Part shown: one piece after another, positions 43,801-52,606 of the stretch | How positions within the stretch are numbered: position 1 is the first letter of the stretch | Layout: every line of letters begins with the position of its first letter | From: a virus | DNA: 64,000 nucleotides | Virus record (IMG/VR): IMGVR_UViG_3300045988_173816 | Span: 128,001-192,000 of that record | Direction: 5' to 3' (one strand) | Translations under genes and position numbers: made by a program | The notes under the pieces: model-generated | Told to the model about the DNA's origin: nothing | The model's database searches: none | Seen by the model: the letters and a program-made list of their open reading frames with translations, nothing else

Positions 43801-46073
43801 TTAAAGTAACTACACCAGGTGACCCACATCGTCCAGGCGATAGTGAGATTAAACCAGTTAAAGTGAACTATAACAAAGATGGTGTCAAAATCAACGATAA
43901 GCAAGTATTACCAGGTTCTATAAATTACTACCATGTACTTTTAGATTATGACCAATACATAGGTATTAAGAGTGGTAAAGATGCAATTCAAAAAGGATTT
44001 GGAGCTATTGAGGTTTACCCTAGTGAAGCCGTAGATTTAATGCCTAGTGAAATTCGTTATGTAGACTCTAACGGAAAAGAAGTGAAAGGTATTAGTGCTT
44101 ACCATTTCAATTCGGTATCTGAGGTTAAAGATGCTCGTATTCTTTCAATTTTGAATACAAGTAACATTAAACCTAAAGGTGCGTTCCAAGTCTTTATGGC
44201 AGATGATCCACAGTCTTACTTTGACAACTATGTTTCTAAGGGTATTTCAGTTACTGTAATTGACCCTATGAAGGTAAAAGAGTCTTTAGGTAAAACTGGA
44301 GGTTCTTATGAAAATAAAGCTTATCAAGTAGATTTTGGTAATGGTTATGAAGCTGATGTTGTGAAAAATAAGGTTCCATCACCTAAACCAACAAAACAGA
44401 ACTTGAATGAACAAGGTGAAGACATTAACAATAAACCAGTTCTTGCAGGTACTGTGAACTACTATACTGTAAAAGCTGACTATAGAGATTATAAAGGTAT
44501 TGAAGCAGATAAAGAAACTATTAAGCGTGGTTTCTATATTGTCGATGATTATCCAGAAGATAAAGTTACAATCAATGAGAAAGATGTTGTAGTGACTGAT
44601 TCTAAAGGGAATAAAGTCACAGGTTTAACTGCTCATATCTACAATTCGGTATCTGATGCTCCTAAAGGAGTTCAAGATGCTTTAGCAAAACAAGGGTTTA
44701 AACCTAAAGGGGTAATCCAAGTCTTTAGCGCAACTAACCCAGAAGAATATTACGCTAAGTATGTTCAAACAGGTGATGTTGTAACTATTAAAAACCCAAT
44801 GACTTTGAAGAAAGAGTTCTTAGGTAAGGTTGGAGAATATGAAAATACAGCTTATCAGTTAGACTTTGGTCTTGCTAAAGTGACTGAAACTGTTAAAAAC
44901 AATTTTGTTAAACCAACTCCTAAGAAAGCCAACTTCAATAAAGATGGTGTAAACATTGATGGTAAAGAAGTCTTAGCAGGTTCTATCAATTACTACCATG
45001 TAACTGCTGACTACTCATCTTATAAGGGTATCAAAGCTGATAAATCTCGTATTGCACAAGGTTTCTTTATTGCTGATGACTATCCAGAAGATGTGTTAGA
45101 GGTACTTTCTGAGGGTATTAAACTTGTTGACTCTAAAGGTCAAGAAGTTAAAGGTTTAAAATACGCTATTTACGAAAGTGTGGAGAAAGCACCAGAGGTG
45201 GTTCGTAACGCTTTAATTACTCGTGGTTTTAATCCTAAAGGAGCATTCCAAGTTTGGGAAGCTGAAAACCAAGAAGAGTATTATGCAAAATATGTTCAAA
45301 CTGGAGATAAGGTTATGATTATTAACCCTATGAAGGTTAAAGAACAGTTTGCTAAGACAGGTGGTAAGTATGAAAACACTGCGTATCAAATTGATTTTGG
45401 TGTAGCTGATGTGACTGTAACTGTTGTGAATAATATTCCTAAGTTAGAGACTAAGAAAGATGTTATTATCAAGATTGGTGATACAGATTCACAAGATGGT
45501 AAGACTTTAGTATTAGGACAAACTTTCTATTATTCATTTGCAGGGTCTCTTATTCCAGGTAATCGTGCAGATGACTTGTTTGAGTACAAATTTGTCGATG
45601 ATTACCAAGAAACTCATGATCGATTTGATGGTGTTTATAAAGTAATTGCAAAACGTGACTTTGTAACTATTGACGGTAAACACTTCAAAGCAGGTGATGA
45701 CTTAACTGCTTACTCTTGGTTGAAAGAGGATAAAGCTAAAGGTCAACTTGAAGTTGGTTTGAAAGAAGATTTCTTACGTTCTATTACGAAAGAATCTGAG
45801 TTCCAAGCTGATGTATTTGTTGAGATGACTCGTATTCAAGCAGGTGAAGTTGAAAATACTGAGTCTCATGTTGTTAATGGTGTAACAGTATCCTCAAATA
45901 CTGTTAAAACTCGCACAGAGTTACCACCAACTCCTACTACACCTACACCACAACAACCAGTATTACCAAATACAGGAGCAGAAACTACTTCTGCAGTGGC
46001 AGTGGCAGGGTATGGTTTGTTAGCTTTAGCATCACTATCGCTTTCTACAAGAAAACGTAAAGAAGAAGATTAG
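40869..46073 (+). CDS. Antigen I/II-family LPXTG-anchored adhesin (PrgB/SspB-like)
   Basis: ATG at 40869. YSIRK-type signal (FGSIRKYKQAGTCGV), Ala/Lys-rich heptad A-repeats, V-like domain, Pro-rich P region. Three C-terminal repeats (VL(P/A)GS(I/V)NYY..DY..YKGI..GF...DDYPE), then LPNTG, a hydrophobic segment and RKRKEED. Confidence 0.85.
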   Translation: MNRSAETKSFGSIRKYKQAGTCGVILGLAALSLAFTGGTVSADERVNPNPATNAQSLQESPTVESTKDQGSTGKSTGSVEVTVGRDKVESAVSAAKEAGLTVKEKEVDGGLVANPDELAKKTAEIESSYDKQASTVVDESKKYKEEVANRKEEIKTITTENKEKQDSYDKAKAQYDKDLSDATTKNAQIDKENREKNERLKAEKERVAKENERIKQENALAKTMYEKALADKAKKDADIDKENAAAKKKYESELNTWTIEKGKYDADLTKYNEELEKYKKALAEAKRRNEEIAKKNLSDKEAYAKAVEARKKENEAILKANKEALDAYEKALAELKRKNEQVDKDNGIATSEYNDAMRDYQKRFAQYKEDLAEYNRKLAEYNKQNLKAQGGGVKIVGEFDESKRGSLDYYSKLTAVFDEDKTLEVVSGALGANANTTMTLDTNLTRDTSFSSSEDPSKWGGMNIRDIQQGSKFTLHNVGRTATGKIISATFTSRSTPVPEHRVNGNKDVYTSMWVWWNKVSGGSVSEVGFYPRNYLNVEWDISFFDETTKKPLNLGVINIYSDLDYAQAIRYTYGDNNTGAIVNPLGSKVKEVTTRGLTYWAGVKTDGVHDSDDSSPLNRWKAGDPWYTNVGDVSATPEGSLISVGKGTTHHLTYLARYNWNLVPYTEAQSLAYKKYVQDNDRAEGKAISTDKDIFETGYAFQLWGGKSVIDKIVPPIEPEQPNPPKLTQKDKETLEKPTPKPLLPDVPPTPADGDVPLPKEPPKPGEFLKKKPNEPNYKEKDKTPIAPPVAKPLVLPPKDVPDTPHVPTPNEPPKPELRTVPNEVTPREVEVTYTRLRTTPTVEKLVKNSGGINVNNSSVPKLSEVVWELETKPLAANRKETTIYELTDNLPQGYHLDLAKTIAQNSDFTVTYNKAKHQLKGVLKSEGLAKVNADLTKAYTVSVLKIYGTVTNDAATYKNNFRLNLNNEFESYSNVVKVTTPGDPHRPGDSEIKPVKVNYNKDGVKINDKQVLPGSINYYHVLLDYDQYIGIKSGKDAIQKGFGAIEVYPSEAVDLMPSEIRYVDSNGKEVKGISAYHFNSVSEVKDARILSILNTSNIKPKGAFQVFMADDPQSYFDNYVSKGISVTVIDPMKVKESLGKTGGSYENKAYQVDFGNGYEADVVKNKVPSPKPTKQNLNEQGEDINNKPVLAGTVNYYTVKADYRDYKGIEADKETIKRGFYIVDDYPEDKVTINEKDVVVTDSKGNKVTGLTAHIYNSVSDAPKGVQDALAKQGFKPKGVIQVFSATNPEEYYAKYVQTGDVVTIKNPMTLKKEFLGKVGEYENTAYQLDFGLAKVTETVKNNFVKPTPKKANFNKDGVNIDGKEVLAGSINYYHVTADYSSYKGIKADKSRIAQGFFIADDYPEDVLEVLSEGIKLVDSKGQEVKGLKYAIYESVEKAPEVVRNALITRGFNPKGAFQVWEAENQEEYYAKYVQTGDKVMIINPMKVKEQFAKTGGKYENTAYQIDFGVADVTVTVVNNIPKLETKKDVIIKIGDTDSQDGKTLVLGQTFYYSFAGSLIPGNRADDLFEYKFVDDYQETHDRFDGVYKVIAKRDFVTIDGKHFKAGDDLTAYSWLKEDKAKGQLEVGLKEDFLRSITKESEFQADVFVEMTRIQAGEVENTESHVVNGVTVSSNTVKTRTELPPTPTTPTPQQPVLPNTGAETTSAVAVAGYGLLALASLSLSTRKRKEED

Positions 46074-46074
46074 T

Positions 46075-46106
46075 AAAAGAGAGGTTACCCTCTCTTTTTA
46101 TTTTTT
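46075..46106 (+). terminator. Intrinsic terminator
   Basis: AGAGAGG-ttac-CCTCTCT followed by TTTTTATTTTTT. Confidence 0.75.
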
Positions 46107-46127
46107 GCTTAAACTTTAAATTTTAGC

Positions 46128-46156
46128 TTGCAAAGTTTTTAAACTTCTGTTATTAT
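46128..46156 (+). promoter_or_regulatory. Promoter 1 of 3 (tandem)
   Basis: TTGCAA, 17 nt, TATTAT. Confidence 0.45.
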
Positions 46157-46198
46157 AGTTGTTGTACTAATGAGTTAAGAAAAACTTTAGAAAACTAC

Positions 46199-46227
46199 TT
46201 GACTTTTGTAAACATTTTTGATATAAT
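46199..46227 (+). promoter_or_regulatory. Promoter 2 of 3 (tandem)
   Basis: TTGACT, 17 nt, TGaTATAAT, followed by a..TTATCAA. Confidence 0.65.
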
Positions 46228-46290
46228 ATAGTTATCAAGTTAAGAAATGTTTTGATTTCAAAGGTTTGAAAAAAAAATAAAAGAAAACAC

Positions 46291-46319
46291 TTGACAAAAC
46301 AAAATTAGTTTGATATAAT
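46291..46319 (+). promoter_or_regulatory. Promoter 3 of 3 (tandem)
   Basis: TTGACA, 17 nt, TGaTATAAT, followed by a..TTATCAA. Confidence 0.7.
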
Positions 46320-46354
46320 AGACTTATCAAAAATAAAGAAAGAGGTAATACCTA

Positions 46355-49024
46355 ATGAAAAAACAACTAATCGCAACCGCTGCAATCGCAGCAACTGGTC
46401 TTGTCGGAACAATCGGAACAGCTCACGCAGATACGGTAGAGCTTCCATTACCTACAACTGCTAAAACTGAACCAGCTTTGGTAGAGAAAGAAGCGCCTAA
46501 GAAAGTGGAAGTGAAAACTCCTACTAAGGAAGAAGTCGCTGAACTTGGTGCTACTGCTAAACAAACTCAAGAAGATGCAGATAAAGCAAAAGAAGTCTTG
46601 GATCAAGCCAACGAAAAATCTGACAAAGCAGAAAAGAAAGTTGCAGACTTGAAACAAGCTAAAGATGATGCTCAAAAGATTGCTGACAAAGCAACTCCTG
46701 AGGTTATCCAAGGTGCAGAGAAGAAAGTGGAAACTGCGAAAGCAAGCGTTCTTACCAAAGAACAAACGGTATCCTCTGCGCAACAAGAACAAGACGATGC
46801 AGACCGTAAGGTTGCTATCCAAGGTAAAACTGTTGGTACAAAACAAGCAGAAGTGACTCAAGCGCAAAATGGTGTTACTGATGCTAAAGCGGAAGTGAAA
46901 ACTGCTGAGGATGCTTTGAAAGGCGAAGGTCTTGCAGAAGCTAAAGAAGCGCAAGATAAAGCTATTAAAGAAGAAGCTACAAGCAAACAAGCCCAAGCAG
47001 ATGCACAGATTGCTCTTAATGCCGCTAAGAAGTTGGACGGTGAGCTTGCTGAACAACTAACCCAAGCAGAAGCAACTGTTAAAACGGCTACAAAAGATGT
47101 AGAAGCTAAAGAAGCAGAAGCTAAAGAAGCGAAAACTAACCTTGATAATGCTCTTGCTACTTACAACCAAGCGGTATCTACTCTTGACGCTCTTCAAGAT
47201 AGCTCTAAGAAACAAACGATTACTCTTTCTCCAGCTTTCATTCAAGCAGTGAAAGATAAAATGGAGTTCCTTCGTCAAATCCGTTCAGGTGTCGAAATGA
47301 CTGAGGAAGAACGTAACGCTAAGAGCGATGATATTTATGACCGTATCGTTGGTTCACAAGTAGAACACAAGAAACTGAACAAATACGTTCCAAGTAAAGC
47401 AGACCAAGCGGATAAAACTCGCTACGACATTAACAATCTCCCACAAGAGATTAAAGATGAGTTGAATTACTACGTGGTTGACCTTATTAACCAAATGCGC
47501 CGTCAACTTGGACTTCCAGATGTTGTTCTTTCAAAAACTTCTCTTGAATTTGCTGATAAGGTTGCTAAAGAGTATGTGAAAGCGAACTTCTCTAAAGCAA
47601 TGAAAGATGACTACCGTGCTAAAGGTGGTGTCGGACACTACGCTATCGGTATCAACAAGGTTGCCAAAGAATATGGCATGCCTACAACAGATGCAGAAGA
47701 AGAAAGCAAGGGTCAACAGTATTATGAAAATACTGTAACTACTTATGTTTACCATAACTTCGATGATGCTGATGGGGTTTACCGTAAGACTCTTGGTGAA
47801 ATGAAAGAGAAGTTGTACGAAGACCTTGTAATGCTCGTTTCAACTAAAGGTGATTACGGACACACAGAGGGTATCCTTCAATTTACTCACGCAAATGAAA
47901 CCATCTACTTTGGTGGTGTAGCGCAAAGCAAGACTGATGATTTCTATACTACTCACTTCTTGACTGCTATTCGTAATGAAGAAGTGAAGGACTCTAAATG
48001 GGATAAAACACCTATTGCAAACCCACTTAGTGATGAAGTGATTGAGCGCAAATTGAGTGAAGCTCGTCAAGCGCTTGCTGATGCTATGACTACTCGCGAC
48101 AATGCAAAAACTACTTATGAAGCAAAAGCGAAAGCAGAGTCAGATGCGAAACTTGCTCTTACAAACGCACAAGCAAACTTGACTGCCTTGAAGAAAGGTG
48201 AAAGTCCACTTGCAAATGCACAAAAGGCTTTTGATGAAGCAAAAGACCGTCATGATAAAGCAGTAGTAACACTTGCTAATGCTAATGCCCTCGTCAACAA
48301 CTTGACTGCTTCAAAAGCTACAAAAGAAGAAGCTCTTACAAATGCACAAGCAAAACTTAAAGACGCTGAGCAAGTTCTTAAAACTGCACAAGAAGCTCTT
48401 AAAGCAGAAGAAGATAAGATGAAAGAGCTTGAAGCGATTGCTACAAGCAAAGCCCAAGCGGTATCTACTGCTAAGAAAGCACTTCAAGCTGCACAAAAAG
48501 AAGTTAAACAAGCCGAAAAAGAACTTGCAAACCTTAAAGGTGCGCATACTCGCTTGGCAGAAGTAAAAGCAGAGCTTGAAAAAGCTGAAACCGAGCTTAA
48601 AGATGCGTATAAGGCACAAAACAAAGCTAAACTAGATTATGAAACTAAGAGCCTTGCAGCAGACCAAGCTAAGACTGCTTTTGAAACTGCCAAAGTTCAA
48701 TATGAAGAAGCAGAAGCAAAACGCTTGGCTGAACTTGCAGATGCTAAACGTAAAGAGCTTGAAAAAGTAGGTTACAAACCAGTTCCAGTAGTAGATGGTA
48801 AAGGGAATGTGGTTGATTACAAAGTTCCACAAGCACCTGTAACAGTAGCTAATGTTACTACACCTCAAAATACTTCTGTAAATGAAGTTAAAGAGGTTAA
48901 AGGGAAAGAAGTTGCTCAAAATAACTTGCCAGAAACAGGAACTAAACAAACCTCTTGGGGTATCCTTGGTTTCCTTGGACTTACACTTGGTTTGGTGGGT
49001 TTCAAAAATCGCAAAGAAAATTAA
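46355..49024 (+). CDS. LPXTG-anchored coiled-coil surface protein with central CAP/SCP domain (PrgA/Sec10 surface-exclusion-like)
   Basis: Signal peptide ..GTAHA|D. Long Ala/Lys/Glu coiled coils flank a globular domain (VVDLINQMRRQLGLPDVVLS..ADKVAKEY..GHYAIG). LPETG, hydrophobic segment, KNRKEN. 889 aa. Confidence 0.75.
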   Translation: MKKQLIATAAIAATGLVGTIGTAHADTVELPLPTTAKTEPALVEKEAPKKVEVKTPTKEEVAELGATAKQTQEDADKAKEVLDQANEKSDKAEKKVADLKQAKDDAQKIADKATPEVIQGAEKKVETAKASVLTKEQTVSSAQQEQDDADRKVAIQGKTVGTKQAEVTQAQNGVTDAKAEVKTAEDALKGEGLAEAKEAQDKAIKEEATSKQAQADAQIALNAAKKLDGELAEQLTQAEATVKTATKDVEAKEAEAKEAKTNLDNALATYNQAVSTLDALQDSSKKQTITLSPAFIQAVKDKMEFLRQIRSGVEMTEEERNAKSDDIYDRIVGSQVEHKKLNKYVPSKADQADKTRYDINNLPQEIKDELNYYVVDLINQMRRQLGLPDVVLSKTSLEFADKVAKEYVKANFSKAMKDDYRAKGGVGHYAIGINKVAKEYGMPTTDAEEESKGQQYYENTVTTYVYHNFDDADGVYRKTLGEMKEKLYEDLVMLVSTKGDYGHTEGILQFTHANETIYFGGVAQSKTDDFYTTHFLTAIRNEEVKDSKWDKTPIANPLSDEVIERKLSEARQALADAMTTRDNAKTTYEAKAKAESDAKLALTNAQANLTALKKGESPLANAQKAFDEAKDRHDKAVVTLANANALVNNLTASKATKEEALTNAQAKLKDAEQVLKTAQEALKAEEDKMKELEAIATSKAQAVSTAKKALQAAQKEVKQAEKELANLKGAHTRLAEVKAELEKAETELKDAYKAQNKAKLDYETKSLAADQAKTAFETAKVQYEEAEAKRLAELADAKRKELEKVGYKPVPVVDGKGNVVDYKVPQAPVTVANVTTPQNTSVNEVKEVKGKEVAQNNLPETGTKQTSWGILGFLGLTLGLVGFKNRKEN

Positions 49025-49132
49025 GACTTTAATTTGGAGTAATTATTTAGCACACTTATTTATTAGCAATCTTATACAAACATAGTAAACTATCTTTGAA
49101 AGGTAGTTTTACTTTATGTTAGTACAAAATAC

Positions 49133-49742
49133 ATGAAGCAGTAGAGCAGTAGAGAAGTGGGGAGTCACTGTAAAAGTTCTTCAAAGGTGGGGTAATACTG
49201 AGGTTCTTAAAGCTAGAAGAACGCCCATAAACCATAGATATTATACAGATGAATATATTTTAAATTACTAATGTTTAAGTCTTGATAAACCAACGTGTAA
49301 ACTTGTAGCCTATGCAGTGGTGTTCTCATGAGGTTAATGCTCTGAATTTCATCATTAGATTGAAATTATTCGTAGTTTTGTTAACCATAAAAGAGTTATT
49401 CTAGATGAAATATTTGAAGAGGTCGATAGTGGGTTGAATTATAACAGACATAAGTGGAATGAACTACGGCAAGTGGTTCTGAAAGATGATGAAGTAGATA
49501 AACTATATATCAATTATTAAGATCATGTTGTTCGATTTGGATTTGATGGCTTTGAGCTATTATATAACCAACATCAAACAGAAATTAGTGTGTTAAATTT
49601 AGTGTGTTAAATAATGAAACTACAAGCCTAGAGAAAGAGCTTGTAGAGGATTTAACGTCTATTGTTGATGAATTTTCTTGTCGTTTGGATGGTCTTCGTA
49701 AGTACAAGAAAGCCTTGAGAGAAGATAAGGAGGTTCTAACAA
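49133..49742 (+). pseudogene. tnpA: IS607-type serine recombinase TnpA, decayed
   Basis: MerR-like HTH remnant GVTVKVLQRWGNTEVLKARRTPINHRYYTDEYI, a VAYAVVFS* remnant of the catalytic YARVSS box, EVDSGLNYNRHKW, VVRFGFDGFE, FSCRLDGLRKYKK. Spread over several frames with stops. 14-nt tandem duplication at 49585-49612. Confidence 0.75.
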
Positions 49743-50966
49743 ATGAAATTGACTCGCAAAGTAGTTCTTAAACCAAATAAGACTATGAAGCAAGTTTTAG
49801 ATTCTCTTTGTGACTACAGACGATATTGTTGGAACGAAGCACTTGAAGTGTGGAATACTTTGTATGAGCAACGTTTAATAGGTTTAACTGAGAAAGAGCG
49901 TTCTGCAATTCAAGAGTTAGTTAAATCAAAACAACCATTGACTGATGAGTTACAAGAGTTAAATGCTTTATACCCTTCACCCAGTTATTATACAGTTAGA
50001 AATATATTAACTTCTCAAAAAGAGGATTGGCAATACTTGTTATCTTCAAGAGTATTACAACTTGCAGTAAAGGATTTATCAGACTCTTGGTTTCGTTTCT
50101 ATGAGAACTCTAAGGAGTTTGGGAAACCTACTTATAAAAGTAGCAAAGCACCAAAGCAAGGTTTTAAAACAGACCGTAGTCGTATTATAAATGGTAAATT
50201 AGTTTTAGATAAACCTCAACCTTACAAAGAAACTTGGTACCCTATCTCGTTTAGAGGTGCTAATTTATCCGATGGTAAAATTACTTTGTGTTCTATAACC
50301 CGTGTAAATGGTAAGTATTATGCATCTTTAGTGGTTGAAATTGAACTTCTTAACTTGACTAAAACTGATAAAGTCAACGCAGTTGATTTAAACGTAGACC
50401 ATTTTGACACGTTAGATGGTCGTTTCAACCTACAATCTAAGCTTTTAAATAAACTCTATAATAGAGTTAAACATTACCAAAAAGTGTTAGCTCGTAAGCG
50501 TTTAGAAAATCCTGATTACAAAAACTCAAAAGGGTATCAAGCAACGAGAGTCAAGTTGCAAGCTACTTATGAGCGTATTCGGAATATTCAAGATGACTTA
50601 CTACATAAGTTTACAACTTCACTCTTTGTAAATTACGATACTGTAGTTCTTGAAGACTTAGATGTAAGGAAAATGCAAATGAAGAAACAAGCAAAGAATT
50701 TGCATCGTTCCTTATTTGGTCGTTTTCGTCAGTATATGGAGTATAAAGCTATTAAGTTTGATAAAAAGCTTATTATAGCTGATAGGTTCTATCCTTCAAC
50801 CCAACGTTGTTCTTCTTGTGGTTTTGTAAAAACTGGTGAAGATAAGATAACTCTTGAAGGGAATAAGAAACACGGTACAAAACATCATGAGTATGTTTGT
50901 TATGGGTGTGGATTTACTACGGATAGAGACTACAATGCGGTATTAAATTTGTTAGCTTTAGCTTAA
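49743..50966 (+). CDS. tnpB: TnpB-family RNA-guided endonuclease (IS607-associated)
   Basis: AAGGAGG RBS. RuvC residues NAVDLNV (D), VVLEDLDVRKM (E), DRDYNAVLNL (D). Zinc finger CSSCG..CYGCG. Confidence 0.9.
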   Translation: MKLTRKVVLKPNKTMKQVLDSLCDYRRYCWNEALEVWNTLYEQRLIGLTEKERSAIQELVKSKQPLTDELQELNALYPSPSYYTVRNILTSQKEDWQYLLSSRVLQLAVKDLSDSWFRFYENSKEFGKPTYKSSKAPKQGFKTDRSRIINGKLVLDKPQPYKETWYPISFRGANLSDGKITLCSITRVNGKYYASLVVEIELLNLTKTDKVNAVDLNVDHFDTLDGRFNLQSKLLNKLYNRVKHYQKVLARKRLENPDYKNSKGYQATRVKLQATYERIRNIQDDLLHKFTTSLFVNYDTVVLEDLDVRKMQMKKQAKNLHRSLFGRFRQYMEYKAIKFDKKLIIADRFYPSTQRCSSCGFVKTGEDKITLEGNKKHGTKHHEYVCYGCGFTTDRDYNAVLNLLALA

Positions 50967-51300
50967 GATATAAAAGAAATTTGGAGGTTGGCTCAACCTC
51001 AAGGGTTATAGAACTAACTCTTTAGATGCGTTAAGAGGTTGTCTCTGTCGTTACCCACAAGTTGGATACGGGAATGCAACTGTTGACGGACGTGAGAAAA
51101 ACTTTAGAGGTAAAGTAATGTTAGATAAACTTATTTATGTCTAGCATTATCTAGGTTTTTCGGAGCAGAGTGAGGGGGAGTTTCTTCCTTTCGTTTTCTA
51201 TTTTAAGGCTCATATTTTGCCCTCTGTTCGCTTTTAAGTTAAAGATTGATAATTTATATCTCTTAAATTTAAACCTCAGTACAGAGCAAAGGAAAGCCAT
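50967..51300 (+). ncRNA. Putative omega-RNA / right end of the IS607-like element
   Basis: ORF-free tail with hairpin GGAGGTTGgctCAACCTC. Proposed from position only. Confidence 0.25.
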
Positions 51301-51320
51301 TTAAACTATGTGGTAAAATT

Positions 51321-51794
51321 ATGCAGAATAAAACAAAAGTTAAATTTTACTTGTGGAAACCGATGCTTCAGTTTTTGATTGGTTTAGCTTTCTTTGGGTT
51401 CTCTTTTTGGGGTGCAAAGACTATTATTCAGGAGAATAAGGTTCGAGAATATCGCAGTATTGTTGAACAGTTTACGCCTTCTACGGTCGAAGAGGTTATA
51501 GCAAAAGTTGATAGAGGTGATACTTTTTATATCTTTGTAGGGGTATCCACTTGTCCAGATTGTCAGAAGTTTGCAAAACGTTTAGACGCTAATTTACACG
51601 ATACGGATATTGATACTAAAACCATTTATTATGTAGGTTTTGATTCTGTAAAGGATTTTAAAGGTTTTTCAGAAGAGAGTCTTGACAGATTAACCGAGGG
51701 TTCAGAAGGTGTACCTATTTTCCGAAAGGTTTATAAAGGTAAATTGCAAAAGCCTTTTGATGATTTAGACAGTTTGATTGGTTATATATATTAA
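51321..51794 (+). CDS. Membrane-anchored thioredoxin-fold protein (CxxC)
   Basis: N-terminal TM helix, then FYIFVGVSTCPDCQKFAKRL (CPDC redox motif). Resembles streptococcal bacteriocin-accessory thioredoxins. Confidence 0.65.
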   Translation: MQNKTKVKFYLWKPMLQFLIGLAFFGFSFWGAKTIIQENKVREYRSIVEQFTPSTVEEVIAKVDRGDTFYIFVGVSTCPDCQKFAKRLDANLHDTDIDTKTIYYVGFDSVKDFKGFSEESLDRLTEGSEGVPIFRKVYKGKLQKPFDDLDSLIGYIY

Positions 51795-51808
51795 GTCAAT
51801 AAAGGTAA

Positions 51809-51842
51809 GTGAGAGGTTTTAAGGCTTCTCATTTATTTTTCT
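51809..51842 (+). terminator. Intrinsic terminator
   Basis: TGAGAGG-ttttaagg-CTTCTCA followed by TTTATTTTT. Confidence 0.6.
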
Positions 51843-51938
51843 TTCATTTAGTAGGGGGTATGCTCCTAAAATTTGGGCATGCACTCTGATAAGTTATGAT
51901 TCAATAAAAGAAATTAAATTTAAGTGAGGTTAGAAAAC

Positions 51939-52592
51939 ATGGCTAACAAGAAACTATCAGCAACAGGTCAAATGGCACTTGCTTTACCAACTATGCACGG
52001 TCAAAACAACCTTGAACTCGGTATCACTTGGTCTCCGATTCCTCGTAGCTTTTTGGAGTCTGATGTATTAGTTCAGGGAACGGACGAAACTATTAAGAGC
52101 GTATTGGATAACGAAGATTACTTCCAATATCACTTTGTAAATGACAAGTTAGTTCTTGCTTCGATTGATTTTAGTCGAGCCATTCAAGCTTATGAGTATT
52201 TGACAGAAGATAAGAGCATGAGAGAGAAAGCTATTGCTCAACGTAAAAAGACTGCTGAAGCTTTCCGTAAGTTTTTAGAGAAGTTAGCAAAACAACCTTT
52301 GGGAACAAAGGTTGAGGTTGGTATTTACTGTACTAACTCTCTCCCACAAGCAACTAAATTGAGTGGTGAGAAGATTCCAGCTTTTGCAGTAGATTTCCAA
52401 GCACTTGCAAATTTATCTGTGAATATTTTAGGAATGAGCGATTACAACTTAGTTGTGGAATTAGGTGGTCGCAGACTTCCTTTGGCAGTAGAGCTTTTTG
52501 GTATCCCTAATAAGCAGCATTTTGCCGGAGCTGAGATGACACGAGACAACAACGCTTTGGTAGTGGTGATGTCTTTAGAACCCAAAAGTTAA
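51939..52592 (+). CDS. Hypothetical protein (first gene of 13-gene ORFan block)
   Basis: ATG at 51939 with a GTGAGG RBS. Confidence 0.65.
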   Translation: MANKKLSATGQMALALPTMHGQNNLELGITWSPIPRSFLESDVLVQGTDETIKSVLDNEDYFQYHFVNDKLVLASIDFSRAIQAYEYLTEDKSMREKAIAQRKKTAEAFRKFLEKLAKQPLGTKVEVGIYCTNSLPQATKLSGEKIPAFAVDFQALANLSVNILGMSDYNLVVELGGRRLPLAVELFGIPNKQHFAGAEMTRDNNALVVVMSLEPKS

Positions 52593-52606
52593 GTTGAGAG
52601 GTTTAT

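Larger units (their letters stand above)
49087..51300 (+). mobile_element. IS607-family element remnant (dead tnpA + intact tnpB); ends not defined
   Basis: Serine-recombinase pseudogene directly abutting tnpB, the IS607 arrangement. Lies between cargo genes. Only one SGGTATC copy in 2.2 kb. Confidence 0.6.

Noticed and set aside
51300-51325. Extended -10 (TGgTAAAAT) immediately before the thioredoxin gene as a leaderless promoter
   Set aside because: Only 1 nt separates the -10 from the ATG, which is incompatible with a transcription start at or before the start codon. There is no convincing -35.
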